64,000 nucleotides of DNA from positions 47,060,001-47,124,000 of the forward strand of contig NC_086097.1 in NCBI RefSeq assembly GCF_963921235.1. The letters are read 5' to 3'. This document shows, in pieces, positions 52,112 to 64,000 of the stretch; position 1 is the stretch's first letter, and the number at the start of each line of letters is the position of its first letter. Below the pieces are notes generated by a model. That model ran no database searches, was not told the DNA's origin, and saw only the letters and a program-made list of their open reading frames with translations. A program made the position numbers and the translations under genes. Source of the DNA: Mobula hypostoma. Taxonomy: Eukaryota.

Positions 52112-52214
52112 CAAATCATGAAAGACCGATGGATTAATGCTGGTCATGATGATGATGATGAGCTTCGACCTTATGTGGAGCCAGAATTGGATATTGCAGA
52201 TCCAAAGAGAATAG
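52112..52214 (+). CDS. MARK3: MARK3 exon, 103 bp ([34 protein letters not shown]; kinase C-terminus/CD-like linker)
   Basis: Acceptor ttcttttaatttcag| and donor ATAG|gtaaat; phase 0 to 1. Confidence 0.94.
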
Positions 52215-54496
52215 GTAAATGTAAACCAGCTGTTGTGGTCTGTTTCTAATTGATTCGTTGTGATACTGAAAGAATACTTTGAAATTTGATTTGAGTTATT
52301 TTGGCAATTTATGTGAAGAACAGGAGGATGACTAGAGTGAGGGTAGGACCAATCTAGGATAAAATGGGGGCAGAGGAGGCCAGGGAGATCCTTAATACTT
52401 TTCTTCAGTGTTCATCAAGTAGAAGGATTTTGATGAATGTGAGTAGATGAATGTGAGTAGGAAAGACTAATGTACTGCAGCATGTCAAGGTTAAGAAAGG
52501 TGCGATGTTGGAGCTTCTGAAAAATATTAAGAAAGGTAAGACCCTGAGACCAGGCAGGATATACCCCAGGTAGCTACGGGAAGCAATGGATTGAGTTTGC
52601 TGGGTAATTGATGATGATCTTTATGCCCTCCCTGGCAACAGGAGTATTAGTACCAGAGCATTGCAGGATGGCAAATATTGTTCCTTTGGTTAAGAAGGTA
52701 ATAGGGATAATCCTAGGAATTATTGACCAGTAAGTCTTGCGTCAATGGTGGGTAAACAATTGGAGAGGATTCTTTCAGTCAGGACTTCTGAGCGTTTGGA
52801 GAAATATAGTCTTGTTAGGGATAGTCAGCATGGCTTGTGAGGGGCTGGTTGTGCCTCACAAGCTTGATTGATGTTTTGTGAGGAGCTGACAAAACAAATT
52901 GAAGGTAGATCAATGGATGTGGTGCATATGGATTTCAGAAAGGTATTCAACAATGTTTCCTATGGTATGTTCATCCCATGGGATTCATGGAAACTTAGCT
53001 ATGTGGATTTTGAATTCGCTTGCTTGCTTACTAAAGGCAGAACTTGGTAGTAGATGGAGTATATTCTGCCTAGTCAGTGACGAGTGGTGTTCCACAAGGA
53101 TCTGTTCTGTGACACCCTGCTCTCTGTTATGTTTTTAAATGATTGTGGTGAGAAAGTGGAAGGGTTGCTTAGGAATTCTGCAGATGACAAGAAGGTTGGT
53201 GGTGTTGTGGATAGTGTAGGTGGTTGTTGTAGGTTATGATGGGACATAAGCAGGATGCAGAGCTAGGCTGAGAAGTGGCAGATGGAGTTCAATCCAGAAG
53301 AGGGAAGTGATACACTTTGGAAGATCAAACTTGGAAGGGGGACTATAACGTCAATATAGGATTCTTGGCAGTGTGGAGAAACAGCGATCTTAAGGCCCAA
53401 GTCCATAGATCCCTCTAAGTTGATAGGGTTGTTAAGGCGCATTGGCTTTCATTAGTCAGGGGACTGAGTTCATGTGCTACAATGTGAAGTTGCAGCTCTC
53501 TGAAACTCTGGTCAGGCCACATTTGGATTGTTGTATTAAGTCTGGGTGCCTCATTATAAGAAGCATGTGGAAACTAGAGAGGGTACATAATGACATCAAC
53601 CAGGACGCTGCCTAGATTAGAGAGCATGTCTTATGAGGAAAGATTGAGCGAGCTAGGGCATTTTCTCTTTGAATCAAAGGTATGTTAAAGGTTGTAAAGC
53701 TCCATAGCTGTGGTCTGCAGACGTCTGGACTGGCTGCATTGCTCAACTGGCTATGCAGCTGTGGACTCACTTTTGGGGACTCTGCAATTGATAATCTGTT
53801 GTTAATTAATTTTTTAAAAATTATTTGCTTGATTTCTTTTTTTGCACATTATGTGTCTGACGATCTTTGTTGTGTGGGTTTTTTTTAGTAGATTCTATTG
53901 TGCTTCCTTGTTTTGTGGCTGCCTGGAGGAAGGTGAATCTCAGAGTTGTATATGGTGTACATACTTTGACAATAAATGTACTTTGAACTTAGAGGCATAG
54001 AGTGGATAGCCAGAACCAGTGAGTGAAGGGAAGTTTAGGGCAGATGTCAGAGAGTGGTAGGTAGCTGGAGGTGGTGGAAGAGGTTGATACAATAGGGACA
54101 TTTAAAAGACTCTTGGATAGTCACATGGATATAGGAAAACTGGAGGTTATAGGATTTGTGGGACGGAAGGGATTGATTGTGGAGTACACTATGTATGTAA
54201 GTGGCCACTTTATTAGGCACACCTGTACACGGCGTTAATGAAAACATTTAATCAGCCAATCTTATGGCAGCAACTCAATGCAGACATGGTCAAGAGCTTC
54301 ATTTGTTGTTCAGATCTAACATCAGAATGGGGAAAAAATTAGTTCTAAATAACTTTGACTGTGGAATGATTGTTGGAGCCAGACGGGGTGGTTTGAGTTT
54401 CTCAGAAATTGCTGATCTCCTGGGGTTTTCGTGCACAACAGTCTCAAGAGTTTACAAAGAATGATGCGAGAAAAAAAAATCCGGTGAGCGGCAGTT

Positions 54497-55846
54497 CAGA
54501 ATCAGCTTTAATATCATCAGCATATATCGTGAAATGTGTTAACTTAGCAGCAGCAGTACAATGTATTATAAGTATAGAAAATAAACATATAACCATACAG
54601 AAGTATATGTTTATTAAATAGTCAAATTAAATAGGTAGTGCAAAAGCAGCAAAAAAAACAGTAAGGTTAAGTTCATGGGTTCAGTGTCCTTTTAGAAATC
54701 AGATGGCAGAGGGTAAGAAGCTGTTCTTAAATAGCGAGTGTGTGCCTTCAGGCTTCTGTACCGCCTCCTTGATGGTATCATGAGAAGGGGGCATGTTCTG
54801 GGTGATGGGGGTCCTTAATAATGGACGCTGCCTTTCTGAGGCATCGCTCCTCGGAAGATGCCCTAGATACTATGGAGGCTAGAACCTATGATGGAGCTGA
54901 CTAATTTTACAACTTTCTGTGGCTTCTTTTCATCCTGAGTAGTAACCCTCCCTGCCACCCCCTTACCAGACAGCTGTCAGAATGCTCTCCATGGTACATT
55001 TGTAGAAGTTTATGAGTGCTTTACTTGACAAACCAAATCTCTTCAAACTTTTAATAAAATATAGCTGTTGTCTTGCTTTCTTTGTAGCTGCATCAACCTG
55101 CATGTTGGGACCAGGTTAGGTCCTTGGAGATCTCGACACCCAGCAACTTAAAACTGTTCTCTCTCTCCACTTCTGATCACTCTTTGAGGATTGGTTCATG
55201 TTCCCTTGTCTTGCCCTTTCTGAAATCCACAATCAGCTCTTTGGTCTTACAGACATTGAGTGCAGGATTGTTGCTGCAGCACCACTCAACTAACTGGTGC
55301 ATCTTGCTTCTGTATGTCCTCTCAACACCATCTGAGATTCTGCCAACAATGATGGTATCATCAGCTAAATTATAGATAGCATTTGAATTATGCTTAGCCA
55401 CACAGTCATGGGTTTAGAGAGAGTAGAGCAGTGGGCTAAGCGCACATCCCCGAGGTGCGCTAGTGTTGATAGTCAATGAGGAGGAGATGTTATTACCAAT
55501 CTACACAGATCGTGATCTTCCAGTTGGGAAGTCAAGGATCCAATTGCGGAGGGAGGTACAGAGGCCTAGGTTCCGTAGCTTTTCGATCAGGACTGTAGGA
55601 ATGACGGAATTAAATGCTGAGGTGTTTGTATCGTCCAGATGATCTAAGGCCGCATGAAGAGCCATTGAGATTGTATCTGCCATAGATCTTTTGTAGTGAG
55701 AGGCAAATTGCAGTGAGGCGGGAGTTGATTCCAGCCATGACCAACCCCTCTAAGCATTTCATCATCAAAGCTGTGAGTGCTACTAGATGACAGTCATTAA
55801 GGCAGCTCACACTGCTCTTCTTGGGCACTGGTATAATTGTTGCCCT
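54497..55846 (-). mobile_element. Rex/Babar-like LINE, 5'-truncated
   Basis: [25 protein letters not shown] and VEWCCSNN..TKELIVDFRK. Confidence 0.85.
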
Positions 55847-56300
55847 TGTTACGAAACTGTAACAAAATTGGGGCTCGTCTGGGATCTTGTCCGTTGAATC
55901 GATCCAAAGTCCACTTAGATATAGCATCAAAGTGACCTGTCACAGGACTGTCATCTTCAAGTGATCACCACATAGCGTACCCAGGCAAGGGTTAACTTCA
56001 AGTGGTCCCACAGGACGGTCCTAAATCCACTCGGTTGGATTATACGAAGTGACAGATACGCATTTTGGAGCAAACCTTGCCCCGGCAGTTCTTAAATCCA
56101 AGTCTTACTCAGACTACAAGAGTAGCTGTTCTGTCTCTCTTGTTCCAACTGACTGTTTCTCCCTCACCCCCACCCCCACCCTGTAAAAATCAGAAGTGAG
56201 CTGAGAAAGCTGCCAGCTGATGTCATTGTTAGTCCTGCCTCGCTCAGGCACTCTCTTAAAGTGACAGTCCACAGTAAACGAAACCTGTGGGTTCGTAACA
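55847..56300. mobile_element. 454-bp element with TG..CA inverted termini (solo LTR, or Ginger-type MITE)
   Basis: TGTTACGAA ... TTCGTAACA termini; 4-bp TSD CCCT (55843-55846, 56301-56304). Confidence 0.7.
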
Positions 56301-57398
56301 CCCTTCTGTGGGTGAAAAAAAACCTTGTCAATGGCCAGACTGGTTTAAGTTGATAGGAAGGTGACAGTGACTCAAATAACCATGCTTTACAACAGTGTCA
56401 CAACAGAAGACCACACTAGGTTCCACTCCTGTAACAATAAAATAGCCACTAAGTGGAGGTCAGCACAATATTATGGGCTAAAGAGCTTAATGTGCTGTAC
56501 AATTCTATGTTCTAATATATTAGGCAAAGTGATTTATATAATATCCTTTTTGTTCCTGTTTAAAACTAATGTCACAAAATATGAGGTGATAATTTTCAAA
56601 CTAGATATTAAATATTGTTCGGCCTTTGGATTTCGAAATTGCAAACTAATTTATCTACTTTTGCCTTCACTTAAAAAATACTGTGGTGGTACCATGATAG
56701 TTTCCAAATGATTTCTCACATTTTATAAATTTAACTATTCTATAGTTTAAACTAGAATGTGATATCTATACTAAGATATAGAAGCTTTCCAATTTCAAGA
56801 ATGAATGAATAGTGGGTGCAATAATGCAGTGGTCAAGTTACTAGACTAGTCGCCAGAGTCCTGGACCATTGATCCCAAAATTCAAGTTACATATGAAATA
56901 AATGTGGAATTTAGTAGCAAATGTTAACCTCAGTAATGGAATCTATGAAACCACTGATTTGTCAAAAAAATTCATGTCAGTTGCTGAAGTCCTTAGGACT
57001 TAGAGTATCTTATTAATACATTAATGTAATGATTTTATAATCCAGCTATTAAATCATAATAACTTTTCTTTCAGGATAATTAATCTACCAGCCTTACTTG
57101 TTCTGACCCAAATGCAAGTCTAGTTGACTGTTAATTGCCTTTATTATTCCATAGGATAATAATGGATAGGCAATAACTTCCAGCCTTGTTAACAATAGTC
57201 ACTTTCCACAATAATAAAAATATTACAGAATTCTAAAATTCCATTCTTCTAGAAATGTCATTTTAATGCTCTCTACATAAACCAATTTGTGCAGATATCA
57301 TATTTATCCCTTCAACTCTTTGCCAGCTCTCAGATCAACCATATTAATCAATTTCCTTGTATAATTCCCTGTGACCCATTCTCCAACATCTGATACTT

Positions 57399-59800
57399 CA
57401 GGGGTCCCCAACCTTTCTTGCACCGCAGACCAGTTTAATATTGACAATATTCTTGCGGACCGGCCGACCGGAGTGGCGGGGGGCGGTGTTAATCACGACC
57501 GGAATATAGGTGAAACTATAAGTCACTTATAAGTGGCTAATAATACACTCAATTTTGTTTCTAAAAGGGTTCGTCTAACAAATTTAATATTAAACACACA
57601 GCGCATATCTTCCTCCCATGAATATAGTGATAAGTCAATTGTAAGTCACTTATAACTAAATAGCATCATAACATTTTAAGTAACATTTGGATAGTAAACA
57701 CACAGCGCATATTTTCCTCGTATGAATATATAAAATGATTGCAACACAACAATATCGCTGAATCAGTGGGAGCCCTGGGTTTGTTTCCCTGCAACAAGAT
57801 GGTCCCATCGAGGGGTGATGGGAGACAGCAATATTCGAAGGGGGTTCCTTATGTCCAGTCTATTCTGCAATTTAGTTTTTGTTGCATTAATTGTAGAAAA
57901 TCCTGCTACGCAAAGATATGATGTTGGAAATGGAAGCAACGTTTTCAGTGCTTTCGTGGCTATCTCAGGATATTCAGCCTCAACTTTGATCCAGAATGCC
58001 GGCAGAGATGTTATGTCAAACATACTTTTCAGCCCACTGTCATTTGCAAGCTCGAGGAGTTGATCTTCTTCCCGTGCTGACATGGATGATTCACCGAGGA
58101 CATTCACAAATGGGTCACGGACCCATTCCTTTGCACATCTTGGATCACTTGCAGTTTGGAAGTACTGTGGTGAAAATCCTGTTGACAGTGAAGCTTAGGT
58201 GACCGCGCACCAGCTGTGAGAAAGACGATGCAGCCTCAGTCTCTCCCAAAATCGCAGCTAATGTTGGGAACATGTCAAATATGCCCCTGTCCACTCACCG
58301 TCCCCACATTTCCAGTTTGGCTTTGAAAGCAGACACTTTAACTGCCAACTTGAAGACAGTTGTCATTCTCCCCTGAAGTGACAAATTGAGTTCATCGAGC
58401 AGATTGAAGATATCACACAGATAAGTGAGTTTTGCTATCCACTCCTCGTCACTGAAGTGTGCTGCCAGTGGTGACTTTTTCCTGAAAGAAATCTCTGTAG
58501 CTGCTCTCTCAACTCAAAAGCCCTGGCCGGGGCTCTCCCCCTTGATAGCCACCTGACTTCAGTGTGCAAGAGAAGGCATTTGTGCTCTGCATCCATTTCC
58601 TTGCAAAGCTGCTCAAACAGGTGTGAGTTAAGGGTTTTTGCTTTGACGTGATCGATAATTTCAACAACGTCACTCAATACGCTGTTAAGATCAGGCGACA
58701 TTTTTTGGCTAGCCAGCGTTTCCCTGTGTATGACACAGTGTGTAGACTGGCATTCAGGAGCAACCTCTTTGACTCAGGTAACGAAACCAGACAGCCATCC
58801 AGTCACAGCTGCAGCCCTGTCTGTGCATATTCCAACACAGAATGACCAGTTTGCCTGATATATAGTTATTTAAAGGCTTGAATAGTTCTGCCCCAGTTGT
58901 GTTAGTTGGCAACGGCAGTGTACACAACATATCTTCCTGAACATCGTCTTGAAATATATACCGCACATAAACCAGCAGCATTGCCTTGTTATCGACATCG
59001 GTAGACTCGTCGACCTGGATAGCATGCCATGGTGACTCGTTAAGCCGTTCCAACAGCTGTGCTTCGATGTCCTCCGCTATGTCATCGATTCTCCTTGAAA
59101 CCGTGGTAGCTGAAAGAGAAACCTGTGCCAACTTGTTAGCTGCAACTTCTCCCAACAGTTCACGGCACATGTCCTTGGCAGCAGGCAGAAAGAATTCTTC
59201 ACCAACAGTGAAAGGCTTCTTAGCCTTAGCAATACGGCTAGCCACTAAGTACGACGCTCTCAGAGCAGCAGCATTTGTGGAGGTGGTGGCTCTCAGCACC
59301 TGCTCACGTTTTTTTCCACTCAAAAAACTCAGCGGGTTTGTCTTTAAGTGCAGGGTGCTTGGACTCAAGGTGTCGAAGCAGTTTTGAGGGCTTCATTGCC
59401 TCATTAGACAGCTTGTCTCCACATATCACACACGGGGGCTTGGAGCATGTGAGTCACCTGTCGCAATAAAGCCATATTTTATAAATGACTTGTATTTTCT
59501 GTGGAAGGAAGCTTTCTGTTTTTTTGCAGTCTCTGCCTCAGCTGTCTGTGCGTTATCATCATCGTTAGGCCTTTTATCTCCTCTTCCAAAGAAACTCTCA
59601 AGCAATGTTTGTTTTTCACTCATACCGACTGATGACCTCCAGCATGGGTAATGACCTCGCGTGTGTTCAAGCTCAACTGTGGGCGTGACAGGGAATGAGG
59701 AAAAGTGTAGTTGACCCATATCGCTTCCTGTCGCCAAATCATATCGTTTCCTCGTGGCCCGGTAGAACATGCTTTGCGGCCCAGTGGTTGGGGACCACTG
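57399..59800 (-). mobile_element. hAT-Charlie (Charlie3-like) transposon, near full length, frameshifted transposase
   Basis: TIRs CAGGGGTCCCCAACC / GGTTGGGGACCACTG; 8-bp TSD TGATACTT / CGATACTT; ORF pieces with IQVDESTD, HTEVRWLSRG and LLPFPTSYLC.AGFS (dimerisation domain). Confidence 0.92.
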
Positions 59801-60165
59801 CGATACTTAATTACTTCCATCCTAAATCTCCTGCCAGCCACCTAAATTAGGGGTAATTTGCAGGAGCAAATAACCTAACAATCAACACATATGTTTCACT
59901 GGAACAGTGAATTGGCTGCATTGTTAGCAGTGCCAGTGAACTGCCTCTCAATCACTATGTTAATGGTTTGGGCAAGCACTTCTAATGTTTTCAGTGTGAG
60001 CTTGCCTCAAGACCCAAAAGTAGAATATGCAGAACCAAAATATCACTGTCATCTTGCGGTATTGTTAGATTTAGGTGAGTACTTGGATTGTTGGTTATGT
60101 ATGCTGTATGAGTAAAGTACTTTGAGTGTAATCTGCATGAATGTCATCTGATCTCAATTTTACAG

Positions 60166-60278
60166 AGATAATGGTTGGAATGGGTTACACTCGTGAGGAA
60201 ATCCAGGACTCCCTGGCAAAAATGAAATATGATGAGATAACGGCAACGTATTTGCTGCTGGGACGAAAGTCTAATGAG
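60166..60278 (+). CDS. MARK3: MARK3 exon, 113 bp ([41 protein letters not shown] domain)
   Basis: Acceptor caattttacag| and donor GAG|gtaagc; UBA MGY motif; overlaps ORF 60141..60398. Confidence 0.95.
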
Positions 60279-61409
60279 GTAAGCATTAAGAAAAGAAACA
60301 AGCTGCATTTATACAGTTTCTTTTACAACTTTGAAACTTATCAAATAATTTTATCGCTACTACTGTATTTACAAAGTATGATATTATTGGAGGATTAGGA
60401 AAAGCAGCAGCAATTTTATAGAGTGTTGTCCCAGCAAAAGTGATAAGATAAACTGTCAGATATTTTAATTATTTGTTGAAGTCAAACAATGGCTGGGGCA
60501 CTAGAAGAACACTCCAGCTCTTAATCAGGAACTTCCCTGGGAACGTTTGGGTTTTTGAAGTGAGTCTTAGTCCACAATCTTCTGATTTGGAGAAGTCCAG
60601 CACCATTGATCATATGCTACTTGCCCTGATTTCTTTAATTTTAAAATTTAGTTTCTCCTATATTCTGCACTCTCTAGAATAAGTATCTTAAAAAAACTGT
60701 TTATTTGACAGCAGGATAACTCCAGTCAAATTCTAAAATCTCACCCCCACCCCACCCCAAACCACCCCTGTCTGCTATTGCTTGGAAATATAACAGTTGT
60801 CACAGGTGAGATAATAGATCAAGGAATTGGATCTTTATCTTTTGGTTGATGGTAAGAGACCTCTTGCTGCATTTACTTGCAGAAACACTTTTGTTCTTGC
60901 AGACCATGTTATTGTTTTTCAGAAAGTAGTTCATTTTTCAAAAATTACGTTTTCCTTTAAGATTCAGGACAAAGGTCCTTGGAAGCAGCCTTGAAATGAT
61001 TTGCAATGTAAGGTTGCAATAGAAATGCAGATTATTGCTTTATTAAATCTGTTTAACAAAATGAAACTATTTTGTTGCATAAATAATATTCTAGCTTCAC
61101 TTTCTCCATTCGCAAAACTATCATTACCCCTAATGCCACTGCCGTTGTATCCTAGCAAGGCCAAATGCCCATGTCTCTGTTCATACTTCAGCCATCTGGT
61201 GATCATTTTTATGTGTGACATTTGTAGCATTTGTCCATCTTGTCTTGGCAACATGGATTGCGACCTGTTCCAGGCAAATTATTTGTCTGGAGGATTTTAA
61301 GTTCACCTAGGACACCTGAAAAGTGTATCACAGTAGTAGATTGATTTGATTTGAAGTGATTTTTAAAGATCAGCCTAAGTAACCGCATTAATTTCACATA
61401 TAGATTTTG

Positions 61410-61935
61410 AAGAAAGAATGAAGCAGCCGGAAGTCCTGGTACAAATTGGCACCAGTGACATGGGTAGGAAAAGCAAGGAGGTCCTGAAGAGGGAATTTAG
61501 GGAGCTAGATAGAAAGCTGAAAAGCAGGGCTTCCAGGGTAACAATCTCTGGATTGCTGCCTGTGCCATGTGCCAGTAAAGGTAAGAATAGGATGATGTAG
61601 CAGATCAATGCATGGCTGAGAAACTGGTATAGCAGGCAGGGTTTCAGATCATTGGATCTCTTCTGGGGAAGGTGTGACCCACACAAAAGGGGCAGGTTAC
61701 ACCAGAACCTAAGGAGACCAATATCCTTTCGGGCAGGCTTGCTAGAACTACTAGGGAGGGTTTAAACTAATTTGGCAGGGAAATGGGAACTGGAGTGATT
61801 GTTTATAAGCAGAGGCCGTGTATAGTGGGACTGTCAGGGAGTACAGGCATGTGAAGGGCAGAATTGCAGTCAGCGGGATGAGTTGCAATGTGAAAGGGGG
61901 ACAAAATCAAAAAGGGTGATTGATAAGGATTGAAA
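61410..61935 (+). mobile_element. CR1 ORF1 (SGNH esterase-like) fragment; CR1 continues at about 63140-63890
   Basis: PEVLVQIGTSDMGR..SRVTISGLLPVP in ORF 61418..61600. Confidence 0.7.
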
Positions 61936-63140
61936 GTAGTGCAAAAACAGAAATTTAAAAGAAGTAGTGACAGTGTTCATGGATTCAATGTCCATTTAGA
62001 AATTGGATAGCAGAGGGGAAAAAATTGTTCTTGAATCTTGTGTGCCTTAAGGCTTCTGTACCTCCTTCCTAATGGGAACAATGAAAAGAAGGCATGTCCT
62101 AGTGATGAGGGTCCTTAATGGTGGACACTGTCTTCCTGATGCACTGCTCCTTGAAGATGTCTTGGATGCACTTGAGGCTAGTTCCATGATTGGAGCAGTT
62201 AATTTTACAAATTTCTGCACCTTCAATCCTGTACAGTAGCACCCCCCACCCCCCGTCCCTGCATACCAGACGGTGATGCAACCAGTCAGAATGCCTTCCT
62301 CTGTAGAAGTTTTCGAGTGATTTAGCTGACGACCCAAATCTCCTCAAACTCCTACTGAAATATAACCACAGTGTTGCCTTCTTTATAGTTGCATTAATAT
62401 GTTCTTCTGAGATATTGACACCCAGCAACTAGAAATTGCTCACTCTCTCCACTTCTGCTCCCTCTATGAAGATTGGTTTGCGTTCCCTTGTTTTACCCTT
62501 TCTGAAGTCCACAATCGGCTCCTTGATCTTACTAACATTGAGTGCAAGGTTGTTGCTACGACACCACTCAACTAGCTGGTGTTTCTTGCTCCTGTGCGCC
62601 CTCACGTCACTGTCTGAGATTCTGCCAACAATGGTTGTATCATCAGAACATTTATATATGGCATTTAAGATATGTCCAGCCACACAGTCATGAGTACAGA
62701 GAGAGTAGAGCAGTGGGAGAAGCACCAATCCCTGTAGTGTGCCACTATTGATTGTCAGCAAGTTGGAGATATATTTCCGATCCATACAGATTGTGGCCTT
62801 CCAGTTAAGAAGTCGAGAATCCAATTGCATAGGGAGGTACCGAGGCCTAGATTCTGCAGCTTTTCGATCAGAGCTGTAGGAATGATGGTGTTAAACACTG
62901 AGTTATAGTCAGTTAACAATATCCTGACATGGGTATTTGTATTGTCCAGGTGATCCAAGGCCACGTGGAGCCATTGAGATTGCGTCTGCCATAGACCTAT
63001 TGTGCCGATAGGCAAAATGCAGTGCGTCCAGGCACTTACTGAGCCAGGAGTTGATTCTAGCCACGACCAACCTCTCAAAGCATTTCATTACTGTAGATGT
63101 GAGTGCTACTGAGCGATAGTCTTGGGCAGTGGTATAATTG
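61935..63140 (-). mobile_element. Rex/Babar-like LINE, 5'-truncated
   Basis: [36 protein letters not shown] and VEWCRSNNLALNVSK. Confidence 0.85.
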
Positions 63141-63417
63141 TTGCTTACACATTGTATCGAAAGGACAGGCAGGTAAGCAGAGGAGATGGGTTTGTTGGTC
63201 AAAAATTAAATCAAATCCTTAGAAAGAGGCGACATAGTATCGGAAGATATAACACCCTCATGGATAGAGTAAAGAAACTGCAAGGGTAAAAAGACCCTGA
63301 TGGAAGTTATATACAGCCTCTGAACAGTAGCCAGGATGTGGACTGCTAGTTGATTGGAGGGGGTCACTAGCAGGGATGATGGCAGAGTAGCAACGGCTGG
63401 AGTTTATGGGAGCAAAT

Positions 63418-63700
63418 ATTATTATTATTGAGATATAGCGTGGAATAGGCCCTTCCAGCCCTTTGAGTGCCGCTGCCCAGCAATCCCTGATTTAACCCTA
63501 TCTTAATCACGGGACAATTTAGAATGACCATTTAACCTACCGACCAGCACATCTTGTGACTGTAGGAGGAAACCAGAGCACCCAGAGGAAGCCCACGCAG
63601 TCACGTGGAGAACGTACAAACTCCTTACAGGCAGCAGTGGGAATTGAACCCAGGTCACCTGTACTGCAAAGCGTTATGCAAACCACTACGCTACCGTGCT
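63418..63700 (-). mobile_element. V-SINE (HE1-like) with a tRNA-derived head
   Basis: Minus strand has B box GGTTCAATTCC and V-domain-like GTGGGCTTCCTCTGGGTGCTCTGGTTTCCTCCTACA; related fragments lie at about 49285-49475 and 49905-50090. Confidence 0.75.
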
Positions 63701-63889
63701 GTCCCAATTCAGAAAGTGCAGGATAAATACATCCCAAAGAACAAGAAATATTCAAACGGCAGGATGACTCAACCGCTGCTGACAAAGGAAGTCAAAGTCA
63801 ACATAAAGCAAAAGGGAGGGCATATGATAGATCAAAAATTAGTGAGAAGTTAGAGGATTGATAAACTCAAAAACCAACAAAAGGGACTA

Positions 63890-64000
63890 ACGCAAACACG
63901 AGGAATTCTGCAGTTGCTGGAAATTCTAGCAACACACATCAAAGTTGCTGGTGAACACAGCAGTCCAGGCAGCATCTCTGGGAAGAGGTACAGTCATAGG
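63890..64000 (-). mobile_element. Penelope-like terminal sequence at the window edge
   Basis: Reverse complement of the PLE terminus seen at 39790-39888 and 32630-32692. Confidence 0.6.

Larger units (their letters stand above)
54187..56455 (+). mobile_element. Tc1-family non-autonomous element, split by a Rex insertion
   Basis: Ends AGTGGCCACTTTATT / AATAAAATAGCCACT; HTH remnant GMIVGARRGGLSFSEIADLLGFSCTTVSRVYKE. Confidence 0.75.
52310..56515 (+). mobile_element. Old CR1 LINE hosting nested insertions
   Basis: RT remnants (MDVVHMDFRK); its 3' UTR resumes at about 56457 and ends TTCTATGTTCTA; a Rex 3' fragment is inserted at about 53683-53990. Confidence 0.8.

Noticed and set aside
57763..59770. 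Domesticated ZBED/Buster-type gene
   Set aside because: Multiple frameshifts with retained TIRs and TSD indicate a dead transposon copy.

Overview
Eukaryotic (vertebrate) genomic DNA. The repeat landscape (dense CR1, Rex/Babar, Penelope, V-SINE) suggests a cartilaginous fish, probably a ray; this is inference. The whole window lies inside one + strand gene, a MARK/Par-1 Ser/Thr kinase best matching MARK3. Eight consecutive GT-AG coding exons (49, 66, 71, 57, 237, 120, 103, 113 bp) join in frame and encode most of the kinase domain, the acidic CD-like linker and the UBA domain. The gene start and end lie outside the window. The introns are packed with transposable elements: CR1, L1 and Rex/Babar LINEs, Penelope-like elements, Tigger/pogo, Tc1, two hAT elements, a Chapaev3-like element, a solo-LTR-like unit and tRNA-derived SINEs, many nested and with readable TIRs/TSDs. 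Most notable are a sense-strand minimal hammerhead ribozyme with an intact core (Penelope-derived) about 295 nt upstream of the activation-loop exon, a Chapaev3-like element with TIRs and TAA TSD, a Charlie3/MER1-like hAT, a four-level nested insertion, and a GAT-repeat codon gain in the MARK3 linker. I found no convincing wholly new biological system. Most short ORFs in the track are TE remnants or noise. TE boundaries without TIR/TSD support are approximate.
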